The notes: a model not told the origin generated them from the sequence alone. A stretch of 64,000 bases of DNA from Candidatus Woesebacteria bacterium GW2011_GWA1_39_21 (GCA_000993685.1 LBWP01000004.1:4055-68054), one strand, 5' to 3'; shown: positions 1 to 9,904, counted from the first letter of the stretch. A program made the numbers and translations.

Positions 1-930
1 ATCAGATTAATCACTGACATTTCACCAAAAGGTATTGAGCAAACAACCGGTGGAGGTACACTCTCAATTCTTGTCGTTGACTCCGACTTACAACCAGTAA
101 ACCAAGCCGACGTAACAATTACAAGCACGGGAACAACCCCGCTTATCAATTTATCAATAAAAACCGCAGATAACGGAAGAGTACTTTTACCTGGCGCTCC
201 ACCATGTAACAACGCATGTTATTCCATCACAATCTCAAAAGACGGATACTCAAGTGAACGAACATACTCAACTGCAGAAGTTGCGAACCCAGATAAACCA
301 AACTTGTCGATTATCAGAGGCCAGTTGACTGAAGCCACCTTTTTCATCGACAAAGTTGGACAGATGATGATTACCTCGTACGCCGATAACGACGGTGTTT
401 TTGAAATACTTCCAAATACAACTTTTACCCTAATTGGGCAAAAGACAATCGGAACAGACGACGATGACAACCCCGTAATCAAATATCAACAAACCTTTAC
501 AACCGGTGATGATGGAAAGAAAACAATCCCCGACTTAGAATGGGACAAGTATCAACTAATAATCGATTCGGGTGTCGGTGATATTTCCGGTGTAAATCCA
601 TTTGAACCAATTGACCTCCCACCGGCAAGTGAGCAAAATGTAGACTTTTCGGTAGGAGACGACACACAAAACAGTATTCTTGTGACATTCATTAACGCCT
701 CAGAGACTCCTATCGCGTCGGTGTCAGCAAAAATTTTCGACGATCTGGAATTTGAAGCAACAGCTTCGAGCGGTTTAACAGAAAATCCAAATTTTGGACA
801 AGTGTTTTTTGACAACCTGTCAAGAAAAATCTACAACTTCCAAGCCACAGCGTCAGGTTATTCTGTATATTCTGGAACCATGGATGTTTATAACTACAAA
901 CAGATTAATGTAACCATGAATCCAATATGA
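1..930 (+). CDS. Large secreted Thr/Asp-rich protein, 5'-truncated at the window edge (only the C-terminal part is present). Likely a pilus-associated or adhesin-like protein.
   Basis: Frame 1 is open from base 1 through the stop at 930; the ORF track only reports it from an internal Met at 304. The translation (…TITSTGTTPLINLSIKTADNGRVLLPGAPPCNNACYSITISKDGYSSERTY…) looks like a repetitive beta-sandwich protein. It lies immediately upstream of pilin genes and its stop overlaps the next start (ATGA at 927). Confidence 0.55.
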   Translation: MRLITDISPKGIEQTTGGGTLSILVVDSDLQPVNQADVTITSTGTTPLINLSIKTADNGRVLLPGAPPCNNACYSITISKDGYSSERTYSTAEVANPDKPNLSIIRGQLTEATFFIDKVGQMMITSYADNDGVFEILPNTTFTLIGQKTIGTDDDDNPVIKYQQTFTTGDDGKKTIPDLEWDKYQLIIDSGVGDISGVNPFEPIDLPPASEQNVDFSVGDDTQNSILVTFINASETPIASVSAKIFDDLEFEATASSGLTENPNFGQVFFDNLSRKIYNFQATASGYSVYSGTMDVYNYKQINVTMNPI

Positions 931-1541
931 AAAATTATAAACAAACACAAGGCGTAACTATTATTGAGCTTCTTATCGCCATCGCAATTACCAGTATCAT
1001 TGGACTGGGAATTGTTGCTCTACAATACATCCTCGGGCAAAACCAGATCGCCATCACAACCAGCTACAAATCTATTGAGGATGCTAATTATGCTTCGAGT
1101 ATGATCTCAAAAGAATTGAGAAGGGCAAGTCAATCTGAAACAGGTTCCTACCTCCTGTCAAACGCGAGTGACCAAAATATTGTTTTTTATTCCGACTACG
1201 ACCTAGACGGGCGAATTGAAAGAGTCCAGTACCAATTGGTTGGAACTACTCTAACCAAAACAATTACCAAGCCAACTGGCACACCGGTAACATATTCGAC
1301 CGACACGACAAACACAACGATTAGTGACATAATAAGAAATGGAAGCGATCCATTGTTTTATTATTACAACGAAAACTATCCGACCGACACGGAGAATAAT
1401 CCTTTACCCGCAAACCAGCGATTGTCGGACACAAGGTCGATAGGAATTCATTTGAAAGTAAACACAAACGCCAACGATAATACAAAAGATTATGTTGTCG
1501 ATTCTTTTATAAATATCAGGATGCTTAAGGATAATTTATAA
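927..1541 (+). CDS. Type IV pilin or pseudopilin with a prepilin-type N-terminal cleavage/methylation domain.
   Basis: The N-terminus KQTQGVTIIELLIAIAITSIIGLGIV matches the class III signal (G|F/V-T-L/I-I-E-L-L-I) followed by a hydrophobic helix. The gene is in a cluster with pilB and pilC. Confidence 0.8.
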   Translation: MKNYKQTQGVTIIELLIAIAITSIIGLGIVALQYILGQNQIAITTSYKSIEDANYASSMISKELRRASQSETGSYLLSNASDQNIVFYSDYDLDGRIERVQYQLVGTTLTKTITKPTGTPVTYSTDTTNTTISDIIRNGSDPLFYYYNENYPTDTENNPLPANQRLSDTRSIGIHLKVNTNANDNTKDYVVDSFINIRMLKDNL

Positions 1542-1565
1542 ACAATCTCCAAGTATTTAACACTT

Positions 1566-2987
1566 ATGAACATGGGGGAAAATATAATAAAAAAAACCGG
1601 TTCTGCCACTCCATTAATTTTAATGATTGCCACGTCTTTTATATTCATTATCTATGGACTCCTTTTCGTTTTGGGAATACAAATGGACAACTCCAACAGA
1701 CAAACAGCTTCAGAAAAAGCATTAAACATTGCTGAAGCTGGAATTAATTACTATAAATGGCATTTGGCTCATGACCCCGAGGATTTCAAAGATGGAACAG
1801 ACAACGATGGTCCATACATTCATGAATACAAAGATCCGCAAGGCGACACCGTCGGATCCTACAGCTTGATGGTCACCCCTCCGCAAAATGGGTCAACAAT
1901 CGTCACGATTGAATCCACCGGATGGACAAAGGAGTATCCAAAAGTCAAAAGAACGATCAAGGCACAATATGGTATACCATCGTTAGCCGAATTTTCCTTT
2001 GTCTCAAACGCAAGTACTTGGTACGGTGCCGGAATAACCGTAAACGGAAAAATTCATTCAAATAACGGCATCCGCATGGATGGAACAAATACTTCTCTTG
2101 TGACAAGTGCCCAGGAGACCTATATGTGTGGAAGTGAAACAGGATGCTCTCCACCAACTCAAAAACCCGGTGTTTGGGGATCCGGCGGCGACAGTGGTTT
2201 ATGGCAATTCCCAATTCCGATTATTGACTTTGACAGCATCGCTGTTAATTTTGACGCAATGCGAACCGCAGCTGTTGACACTGGGCTTTATTTGGACGAT
2301 TCAAACGCTTCCGGGTACCATCTGATTTTCAACAGTACCGGAACGGTTACTATAAATAAAGTCTTGTCCACATCAAATATACGGGGCTACAGCGTTCCCG
2401 GGCAGGGTTTGGGTGCACTTGGTTTGGGGGGTTGTAGAGATACAAACCAGGTAATCAATAGCGAAACTCTCGTTGGAACATACAACATCAACGAAACTCC
2501 GATAATTTTCGCTGAAGACGATCTTTGGGTGGAGGGAACATTAAGAGGAAGAATTACCGTTACTGCAGTAAGGTTTCCACTTACATCCAGCAATGCTGTT
2601 ATTTGGATTCCAAACAACATCACCTACACTACATACGACGGAAGCGACATTTTAGGACTTGTTGCACAAAACAATATTTACTTCGCAAAAAATATTCCTG
2701 ACTATTTTCAGGTAGATGCAATACTAATTGCCCAAAAAGGAAATGCCATGAGACACTATTACTATCAAGGTTGTGGGGGAACTCAAAACGCGGTTAGACA
2801 GAAACTAACCATCAACGGATCGCTCATTTCATATTACAAGTCATATTGGAACTTCGGTTCAGCACCGGATTCAGGATTTCGCGAAAGGGTCATTAACTTT
2901 GACAACAACTCTTTATACAACCCGCCACCATATTTTCCCACCTCCGGAGAATATGAATTCATTTCCTGGAGCGAGGAAAAAAATTAA
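1566..2987 (+). CDS. Large (473 aa) pilin-like or minor-pilin or tip-adhesin candidate with a degenerate prepilin-like N-terminal hydrophobic segment.
   Basis: The N-terminal KKTGSATPLILMIATSFIFIIYGLLFVLG resembles a degenerate prepilin signal plus TM helix. The rest is Gly/Thr/Asn-rich (beta-rich). It sits directly downstream of the pilin gene, in the same orientation. Confidence 0.5.
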   Translation: MNMGENIIKKTGSATPLILMIATSFIFIIYGLLFVLGIQMDNSNRQTASEKALNIAEAGINYYKWHLAHDPEDFKDGTDNDGPYIHEYKDPQGDTVGSYSLMVTPPQNGSTIVTIESTGWTKEYPKVKRTIKAQYGIPSLAEFSFVSNASTWYGAGITVNGKIHSNNGIRMDGTNTSLVTSAQETYMCGSETGCSPPTQKPGVWGSGGDSGLWQFPIPIIDFDSIAVNFDAMRTAAVDTGLYLDDSNASGYHLIFNSTGTVTINKVLSTSNIRGYSVPGQGLGALGLGGCRDTNQVINSETLVGTYNINETPIIFAEDDLWVEGTLRGRITVTAVRFPLTSSNAVIWIPNNITYTTYDGSDILGLVAQNNIYFAKNIPDYFQVDAILIAQKGNAMRHYYYQGCGGTQNAVRQKLTINGSLISYYKSYWNFGSAPDSGFRERVINFDNNSLYNPPPYFPTSGEYEFISWSEEKN

Positions 2988-2997
2988 ATAATCGAGA

Positions 2998-3705
2998 CTA
3001 CGGCACCGGAGTGGGAGTCGTGTTAACGGTGCAAAATGTGTTTGAAATAATTGCCCTATTTTTGACAATACTACTGCTCCAAGTGTCACAATCGGCCTTA
3101 ACCGGAGCATAGTTTGTATTAGTATTGTACACAGAGTATGGTGTCGGCGTCGGAGTTACGATAGACGCCACCGTCGGGGTTGAGGTTGGAAAATCTACAA
3201 CACCACTAAATTCGTCATCACCACCGTCTTCATCATCGTCCCCATTTCCAAATAAATCAGAAACATTAATATCAGAGTATTTGATAAGGATTGGTTCGAC
3301 TATATCAGCCACCTCGCCGTCATTTGAATCGACACAAACCGTTACCGATTTACCATCAAGATACATAAAAACCTTATACCCGCAGTCTCCGCCACTAACT
3401 TTGTGGGTCAAATAATTCCTGGCTTTTTGTTCCATCAACGAAAAAAAAGAATTGATTTGCGAGGCGTCCCAGTATTCACTGTAAACTTTATCTTTGGAAC
3501 GATATTCTACCAAACCATTTTGATTGATCGTAATTATTTCTTCCCCCTTAACGATCTGAATTTGGTCTTCGGAAATCTGGGTCGTGCTCTTTTTGTTTCT
3601 TCCGAATACCAAGGAAACTACAACTATTGATAACAATAAACCAATCAGAACAAGTCCAATGTGTGTAGGATTGCTGAAAAATTTTCGCCAATTTATCTTT
3701 TGCAT
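2998..3705 (-). CDS. Hypothetical membrane-anchored protein with an N-terminal TM helix, an acidic Asp/Gly-rich stretch and a Thr/Pro-rich tail.
   Basis: ORF with TM helix LVLIGLLLSIVVVSLVF, then GNGDDDEDGGDDEF and TPTPTP segments. It lies immediately downstream of pilC on the same strand, so it is probably in the same operon. Confidence 0.55.
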   Translation of the reverse strand: MQKINWRKFFSNPTHIGLVLIGLLLSIVVVSLVFGRNKKSTTQISEDQIQIVKGEEIITINQNGLVEYRSKDKVYSEYWDASQINSFFSLMEQKARNYLTHKVSGGDCGYKVFMYLDGKSVTVCVDSNDGEVADIVEPILIKYSDINVSDLFGNGDDDEDGGDDEFSGVVDFPTSTPTVASIVTPTPTPYSVYNTNTNYAPVKADCDTWSSSIVKNRAIISNTFCTVNTTPTPVP

Positions 3706-3723
3706 CGGTTAAATTTACACTCA

Positions 3724-4932
3724 CTAAAACTGATTCATTCCACCAACGAGAGAGTAGATCGGAGTAATCATAATAATTACCATCGCCCCAACGGCGATAC
3801 CGATTACAAGCATTAATAGAGGCTCCAAAAGTGACGTCAACTTCTTTAGGTTATAGTCAACTTCCCGTTCGTAAAATTCAGCCATCTCTTCCAAAACCGA
3901 CTCTAAACTTCCACTTTTCTCCCCAGCTTTTATTGTTTGAACAACGGTTGAGGGAAAGACTTTCTTGCCGGACATTATTATTTCAGATAGTTGTTTTCCC
4001 TGCGCAATTCCAGCACTGAATTGTTTTGCTTGTTTACGGAGCGCCGGCTGACGCAAGACGTTTGAACAGACCTCAAGACAAACCATAATCGGCACACCAC
4101 TTGCAAGGAGCGTCGAAAGTGTTCGGGAAAAACGTGCAACATCAATTTGGATCACAATACCCTTAATTGCAGGGAGCCCCATAAAAAAATCAAAAATTGC
4201 ATCTCGGGTTTTTTGAATATTAAAAAGCATAAACACAATGAAGGCAAAGGCAAAGACGCCCACTAAAACTTCAGTTGTATATTTACCAACAAATTCCCCA
4301 ACACTCAAAACGAACTTTGTCGCAGGTGGTAATTTGACATTTAATTGAAAAAACACAGTCGCCAACTTCGGAAGTACAAAAACAAGCATCACTACAAAAT
4401 TGGCAATCATTGCGCCAACAATCACAATAGGATACATCATCGCACCCTTAACCTTTTGAATCAACTCATAAGTTAGAATTAATTGTTTTGCCATATAATC
4501 GAAAGATTTGTCCATCGTTCCCGATTCTTCACCAGCTTTGATCATTGTCAAAAATACCGGGTCAAAATCCCGTTTATATTTTGATAAAACAGAGGACATT
4601 GTTTTTCCTTTCCTCACCTCAAATGAAACATCCATCAGAACCTTCTTTAACTTACGGCTTTTTGCCTCGTCCTTTAAAATGTCAATCGCTTCAGGCAATG
4701 GTAAACCAGCACGGAGCATAGTTGCCAAAAATCTACAAAAGGCGGCCTTGTCGGAAATTGATATCGAACCACTCAATATCCCTCCAATGTTCTGATCAAC
4801 TTTTTTAATCGTTAAAATTTTATACCCATCTGAAACCAAAGTTGCAGCCGCGTCCTTTATACTTGGGGCTTGAATTAAATCTTCGACCACCTTACCTTTT
4901 TGATCCTTTACTTTATATGAATATAGCGTCAT
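3724..4932 (-). CDS. pilC: Type IV pilus assembly inner-membrane platform protein PilC (GspF/T2SS-F family).
   Basis: 402 aa with two GspF-type repeats and three TM segments. It sits 6 bp downstream of pilB. Confidence 0.88.
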   Translation of the reverse strand: MTLYSYKVKDQKGKVVEDLIQAPSIKDAAATLVSDGYKILTIKKVDQNIGGILSGSISISDKAAFCRFLATMLRAGLPLPEAIDILKDEAKSRKLKKVLMDVSFEVRKGKTMSSVLSKYKRDFDPVFLTMIKAGEESGTMDKSFDYMAKQLILTYELIQKVKGAMMYPIVIVGAMIANFVVMLVFVLPKLATVFFQLNVKLPPATKFVLSVGEFVGKYTTEVLVGVFAFAFIVFMLFNIQKTRDAIFDFFMGLPAIKGIVIQIDVARFSRTLSTLLASGVPIMVCLEVCSNVLRQPALRKQAKQFSAGIAQGKQLSEIIMSGKKVFPSTVVQTIKAGEKSGSLESVLEEMAEFYEREVDYNLKKLTSLLEPLLMLVIGIAVGAMVIIMITPIYSLVGGMNQF

Positions 4933-4938
4933 AGGCTC

Positions 4939-6639
4939 TTACTCTTCGTTTGCAACTCTGAAAACTTCCTCTATGGTTGTCAAACCGGCCGCAATCTTGT
5001 CCATTCCGTCTCGCATCATAGTAATCATTCCTTCACTCACGGCCTCCTTAAAGAGCTGCTCTGTGGTTGGCTTCTGCACGATAATCTGCCTTAATTTTTC
5101 AGTTATTGGCATAATCTCGTAAATTCCAACTCTTCCTAAGTAACCTTTATGATTACAATCATTACAACCCTTACCTTTGTAAAACTTGAGCTTATCGTAA
5201 CCATCACCGAGTTCCTTTGAAATCTTTTTCACAATACTTTCATCTGGTGTGTATTTTGTTATACAAGAAGGACAAATCTTTCGCACCAGCCGTTGTGCAA
5301 CAACCACATTCAAAGTTGAAGCCAGTAAAAACGCTGCTGCACCCATATCCAAAAGCCTTGGGACTGCGCCTGCTGCGGTATTTGTGTGAAGCGTTGATAA
5401 AACCAAATGTCCGGTGAGGGCTGCATGGATAGCAATTTCTGCTGTTTCTTCGTCACGGATTTCTCCAACCATAATATTATCAGGGTCATGCCGCATCAAC
5501 GCGCGCAGACCGGCTGCAAAGGTTAAGCCTGTTTTTGAGTTCACTTGGATCTGGGTTACCCTGTTCATTCCGTATTCGATAGGGTCTTCAATCGTACACA
5601 TCTTTACCTCAGCGGTATTTAGAATATTCATGATCGAATAAAGTGTGGTTGTCTTACCCGATCCGGTTGGTCCCGTCACCAAAATCATTCCATGTGGTTT
5701 CATACAATTCTCTCGCAAAATCATAAGACCGTGTCCGGTGATACCCAACTCTTCCAAACTTAACGGGCGATTTGTCTCACGAAGAATTCTCATGACAACA
5801 TTCTCACCATAAAATCCTGGAATTATGGAGATTCTTAAAGCGATTGCTTCGTCGTCAACATTAAACTTATGCCTACCGTCTTGGGGTATACGATGTTCAT
5901 CAATCTTTAAATTAGACAAAATCTTAATTCTGGCGACGAGCGCTTCCTCAATTCCTTTTTGAAACTTGAACATATCACGAAGCACTCCGTCGATTCTAAA
6001 ACGGATAACCACACTCTCGGCTTGAGATTCAATGTGAATATCAGAAGCACGAAGTGCAACGGCGTATTCGGAGATTGTATTTAAAATCTTTACGACAGGT
6101 ACATCCTCAGCCGCTTTTTCTAAACTTTCGCCTGGCGCAACTTTCTTGACATTCTCAGAAATAATTTTTTCGAAATCACTTTTCAGATTTTTCTTGTATT
6201 GTCCAAGAGCTTTCGAAATATCCTCACTTCTGGCAAAATATGGTTCGATTTCACACCCGGTCTGCCGTTTGACAAATTCAATTGCCTCAAAATCCTCCGG
6301 ATTCTCCATCGCCAACTTAATCTTTTTGTCTTTGGCCTCAAACGGAATCATCCGATACGTTCTAGCAAGTTTTTCCGGAATGAGATTCAAAATTTCGGTC
6401 GAAATGAAAAGCCGTCTGACATCAGCGTATGGAATATTTAAATATTCCGAGATTATTTTTCCAAGCGCATCCTCGCTAATCAGACCCCTAAAGATCAAAA
6501 CATCAGACACATCTCTACCTTGGTCTTGGGAGGACTTAAGTGCATCATCAAAGTCGGGTTCTTTTACATACCCTGACCCAACCAGTATTTTCTTGAGTTT
6601 TTCAGGAGATATCAACATGGGCAAGCGACACTTTTCCAA
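4939..6639 (-). CDS. pilB: Type IV pilus assembly ATPase PilB (GspE family secretion ATPase).
   Basis: Walker A GPTGSGKTTTL, Asp box, His box, a tetra-Cys motif (CPSC…CNDC) and an N-terminal GSPII_E_N-like domain. The true start may be the internal Met at about 6618. Confidence 0.9.
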   Translation of the reverse strand: MEKCRLPMLISPEKLKKILVGSGYVKEPDFDDALKSSQDQGRDVSDVLIFRGLISEDALGKIISEYLNIPYADVRRLFISTEILNLIPEKLARTYRMIPFEAKDKKIKLAMENPEDFEAIEFVKRQTGCEIEPYFARSEDISKALGQYKKNLKSDFEKIISENVKKVAPGESLEKAAEDVPVVKILNTISEYAVALRASDIHIESQAESVVIRFRIDGVLRDMFKFQKGIEEALVARIKILSNLKIDEHRIPQDGRHKFNVDDEAIALRISIIPGFYGENVVMRILRETNRPLSLEELGITGHGLMILRENCMKPHGMILVTGPTGSGKTTTLYSIMNILNTAEVKMCTIEDPIEYGMNRVTQIQVNSKTGLTFAAGLRALMRHDPDNIMVGEIRDEETAEIAIHAALTGHLVLSTLHTNTAAGAVPRLLDMGAAAFLLASTLNVVVAQRLVRKICPSCITKYTPDESIVKKISKELGDGYDKLKFYKGKGCNDCNHKGYLGRVGIYEIMPITEKLRQIIVQKPTTEQLFKEAVSEGMITMMRDGMDKIAAGLTTIEEVFRVANEE

Positions 6640-6862
6640 CTAGCTGTGTGGACTAAGAGGTTAAGTGTATATTTTTATTATATTATAAAAATCACACTTC
6701 AAAATTACTAATTTTAATTGTAACCATTTGCTTGCAGATTTTTCTTTCCAGGCTTACCTTAAACAAGGTTCTTATCCAGAAGTATGATTGGAATATCTGT
6801 TATAGGTTAAAGTATCTCCCTAAGTTGTTTCTAATGGAGCTTTTGTTAAATATCAGCCTCTT

Positions 6863-6896
6863 AAAAAATTAAAACCCACACTTCGTATGGGTTTTA
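6863..6896 (-). terminator. Rho-independent terminator at the 3' end of rnpB.
   Basis: On the minus strand the sequence reads AAAACCCATACGAAGTGTGGGTTTT followed by AATTTTTT: a 6-7 bp GC-containing stem with a U-run, immediately after the RNase P RNA P1 3' strand. Confidence 0.6.
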
Positions 6897-6897
6897 A

Positions 6898-7441
6898 TTT
6901 GCCTTGGAGGAGAGTAAGCCAGATTCTGTTTCCCCCAATTAAATCGGGGTTAGCAATCATCTGTCTATCTTAAAAATACCCTTGCGAATATTTTCAAGAT
7001 ACCTTGTTTGATAACACAAAGTAATCAACAAGATTGCCCTCAATCTTCGAGACTCGGAAAAGCAAACCTGTATCGTCTCGTTCGGAGGTTGCAGCGGGTG
7101 GGATTGTCGCGTTTCACCCCGCACCTTTCTTTTAAAAAAGTTTGGACTCGTCTCTGTGACTCTCTGAAAATGTTAATTCACCTTCAGCCCCGATTAGATC
7201 GGGGACCAGATGTTCTCAAGTACCAGAAGGTACTCAATATCATTCGGAGGTTACCCTCCGACCCCTTGCTTTTTGCTGTCTGGACTTTCCTCCCCGCCAC
7301 TTTACTTGTCAAGGCTATCGTTTTTCCACCCCAGAAAGGCGAAACGCCTCAAATGGCGTTGAGCAGTTTTCGGCTTCCTTTTCTGGATTCTCAAAAGTCT
7401 TTACCGGTAAAGAGGCGGGGCGATTGCCCTTCCTCCAAAGC
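6898..7441 (-). ncRNA. rnpB: RNase P RNA (bacterial type A-like) of about 540 nt, with an expanded P3 region.
   Basis: Minus-strand reading contains GGCGGGGAGGAAAGTCCAGACAGC (P2 3' strand plus the conserved P4 GGAAAGUCC, + coordinates 7288-7296). It also contains GGAGGGTAACCTCCGAA (P8/P9-like), AAAGGTGCGGGGTGAAAC (the GGUGAAA / P10-12 region) and ACAGAATCTGGCTTAC (the conserved P4 3' strand ACAGAAxCCGGCUUA, + 6914-6929). P1 is formed by TTGGAGGAAGGGC at the 5' end pairing with CTCTCCTCCAAGGC at the 3' end, and P2 by GCCCCGCC pairing with GGCGGGG. The region is locally GC-rich in an AT-rich genome. The overlapping 154-aa Arg-rich ORF (7008-7472) is an artefact. Confidence 0.82.
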
Positions 7442-7485
7442 AAGAATATTATACCATAAAAAGGATGAGTGAATACTATAAGATA

Positions 7486-8523
7486 TCACATTGGGGAACT
7501 CTTGTCTTTGTAGTTTTTACTCAAAATGCACTCCCTAATTACAACCTGTATACCCAAAACTACAGGGATGGCGATTATTGCGCCTGCTACTCCGTGGATT
7601 CGAAATCCGACACTCAAAGCAACCAGCGTAACCACAGGATCCAGGCCAACAGATTTTCTCATAATGTTGGGGACAATAATGTAATTTTCTAAATGCTGAA
7701 CAAGAAATGCTAATGCCGCAACGCCCACTCCGACAAAAAACGATTGACCGAATCCGATAATAACAGCAGGTACGGCAGCGACAAAAGGACCAACCATAGG
7801 AACAATTTCCAGTAAACCTGCTAAAATTGCCAAGGGCAACGCATAAGGAACTCTCAAAATCTCAAGTCCAACAAAATTCAACAGACCCACAATCAACATT
7901 AATAAAAGCTCACCTTTAGCCCAATTCCCAATATTGTTCTCAATTTTGCCAATAAGGTCGATCACCTTTTCCGCACGGATGTTACCAAGCCAAGTTCTAA
8001 TTGATCGGTCGATCTTCTCGCGCGACAAAAGCATATAAAAAGACAGAATTAAAACCATCACCACATTCAAAACATTCGAAGAAACGGAGATTGCTGTTTT
8101 TGCCAACTGGCTTGGCAGTTGACCAAGCTGTACCAAAAACTGCTGCAAAATCTGATCTTTAAAACCTGATGGGAGTGTAATTTTATTTATGTAATCGGGG
8201 ATGTTGGTTACAAAATTACCTGTTTCGTAAACCAAAGCCGGGGCAAGAATGTATATTGAAAAAGAAACGACACTTAAAAAGACAAAGTAAACAATTATTA
8301 CACCTAAAGTTCGTGGTACTTTTCGCCTTTCAAATTTCGCAATGTATGGTTCAAATGATGCAATAATCACAAAGGCTACCAGCAGTTGAAAAAGAATATC
8401 TCTTATGTAATATAAAAACCAAATACCCAGTAAAACAGAGACAAAAATTAAAACCGATTTGTACGTTACTTCAAATTTCTCATTCATTTTTAATTTAAGA
8501 CTCTCAAGTATTTTCTTAACCAA
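7486..8523 (-). CDS. AI-2E family transporter (PerM/UPF0118-like permease).
   Basis: 345 aa, polytopic, with the overall AI-2E/PF01594 layout (about 8 TM segments and a conserved central loop). Confidence 0.8.
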   Translation of the reverse strand: MVKKILESLKLKMNEKFEVTYKSVLIFVSVLLGIWFLYYIRDILFQLLVAFVIIASFEPYIAKFERRKVPRTLGVIIVYFVFLSVVSFSIYILAPALVYETGNFVTNIPDYINKITLPSGFKDQILQQFLVQLGQLPSQLAKTAISVSSNVLNVVMVLILSFYMLLSREKIDRSIRTWLGNIRAEKVIDLIGKIENNIGNWAKGELLLMLIVGLLNFVGLEILRVPYALPLAILAGLLEIVPMVGPFVAAVPAVIIGFGQSFFVGVGVAALAFLVQHLENYIIVPNIMRKSVGLDPVVTLVALSVGFRIHGVAGAIIAIPVVLGIQVVIRECILSKNYKDKSSPM

Positions 8524-8552
8524 GACCGTTCTTTACAATACTTGCAGTTCTC

Positions 8553-9554
8553 TTACTCTTCATGGTACCAACTTTGCACTCTTTTTTCCAGATCATCAAT
8601 CCAACGGGGAGAGGTGATATCAAACCAACAAATTCTTTTATCTTTTTTAAACCAGGTAAGTTGTCTTTTTACATATTTTCGCTCTTCCAAAATCCACTTC
8701 CGGATAAATTCTTCGCGGGTAGATTTTCCATTATTATAATCCCGAAACTGGAGATACCCCATCGCCTGCATCGATTTATAACGCCAGTCGACCCCACTTT
8801 TGATAAGCCGCAAAACCTCTTTTTCAAAACCGTCTTCAATTCTCTTATTTACTCGCCTGCTTACCCTTTCGTCCAAAGCTGATTTTTCAGCGAAGAGTCC
8901 GACGATAAGCAATTTGTCGTAATCAAGTACTTTCTGCATAGAAGATGAGTTTCTTCGGAGCCAGTCCGGATTAATTCTTTTGTACTCCGCAATTTCTATC
9001 GCGCGAATTAATCGACGCGGGTTTTTGATATCCGATTCATTAAGACGACTTATGAATTTTGCATCTGACTTTTCCAGAATTCGACGCAAACCTCCAACAT
9101 CAACGCCGTTTAACTTTTTCCTTAACAACAAATTTGGTGGAATTATCAAACTTGAAACGCCGTCCAAAAGCGCACTAATATAAAAGCCACTTCCTCCGGT
9201 AATTATCGAAAGCCTTTCTCTTTCCCAAATGTTGTTGACCACAAACGAGGCAAACGTCACGTAATCAGAGACATTAAAATCATCCTTCGGTTTGGCTAAA
9301 TCATAACCCCAAACTTTCACGCCCCTAATTTGATAATAGCCGTTTAACGAATTTCGAAATCCTTTTAGCGACTTCACGATTTTTAACTTTGCACCACTTA
9401 CCAGATCCTTTCCCGTTCCAATGTCCATTCCTTTGTACACCTGACGTGAATCGGCGGACACAATTTCTCCATGGTATTTCTTTGCAAGTCTTAGGGAAAG
9501 ATCTGTTTTACCGGAAGCGGTTGGTCCAACAATAATCAGAAGCTTCTTTAACAT
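8553..9554 (-). CDS. miaA: tRNA dimethylallyltransferase (tRNA isopentenyltransferase).
   Basis: P-loop GPTASGKT at the N-terminus, ADSRQVYKGMDIGTGK matching MiaA ADSMQVYRGMDIGTAK, and the C-terminal QLTWFK motif. Confidence 0.9.
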   Translation of the reverse strand: MLKKLLIIVGPTASGKTDLSLRLAKKYHGEIVSADSRQVYKGMDIGTGKDLVSGAKLKIVKSLKGFRNSLNGYYQIRGVKVWGYDLAKPKDDFNVSDYVTFASFVVNNIWERERLSIITGGSGFYISALLDGVSSLIIPPNLLLRKKLNGVDVGGLRRILEKSDAKFISRLNESDIKNPRRLIRAIEIAEYKRINPDWLRRNSSSMQKVLDYDKLLIVGLFAEKSALDERVSRRVNKRIEDGFEKEVLRLIKSGVDWRYKSMQAMGYLQFRDYNNGKSTREEFIRKWILEERKYVKRQLTWFKKDKRICWFDITSPRWIDDLEKRVQSWYHEE

Positions 9555-9596
9555 GCCTTAGTATAACGCAATTACAGTATACGGCTGGATAAAAGA

Positions 9597-9875
9597 CTAT
9601 CGGCTAATTTGCTTTCTCAGTTCAGTCCCGGGAGTGAATTTCGGAAGACGGTGGCGTTTTATCGTTACGAGTTTTTCGGATTTGGGAATTTTAACAGTTT
9701 TTCCTTCTACCCAGCCAACTTTAAAAACCCCAAAACCCGAAAGAACAATCCGTTTTTCACCCTTGGAAAGAGCTCGTCCAATTTCATCAAGAAAAACATC
9801 AATCGCTTCCCGAGCAGCCTTGGTGGTCATGTGCGCTTTTCTGGCAACGAGTTCCGTAATTTCTCTCTTTGTCAT
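9597..9875 (-). CDS. hup: HU/IHF family nucleoid DNA-binding protein.
   Basis: 92 aa; a HU-like arm RIVLSGFGVFKVGWVEGKTVKIP…, with the expected size and charge. Confidence 0.88.
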   Translation of the reverse strand: MTKREITELVARKAHMTTKAAREAIDVFLDEIGRALSKGEKRIVLSGFGVFKVGWVEGKTVKIPKSEKLVTIKRHRLPKFTPGTELRKQISR

Positions 9876-9904
9876 AAATTTTGTCTACAAAAAAATAATG
9901 TCTT

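Noticed and set aside
6146-6643. 165-aa plus-strand ORF.
   Set aside because: Antisense within pilB.
7586-7612. tRNA T-loop-like sequence GGATTCGAAATCC.
   Set aside because: It lies inside the AI-2E transporter CDS with no acceptor or anticodon stem context, and it has an extra A relative to the GGTTCGAATCC consensus. No convincing tRNA was found anywhere in the window.
7008-7692. Plus-strand ORFs of 154 aa and 75 aa (Arg/Pro/Leu-rich) between pilB and the AI-2E transporter gene.
   Set aside because: They overlap the minus-strand RNase P RNA gene. Their Arg-rich, GC-biased translation is what a structured-RNA gene produces in six-frame translation, and there are no protein motifs.
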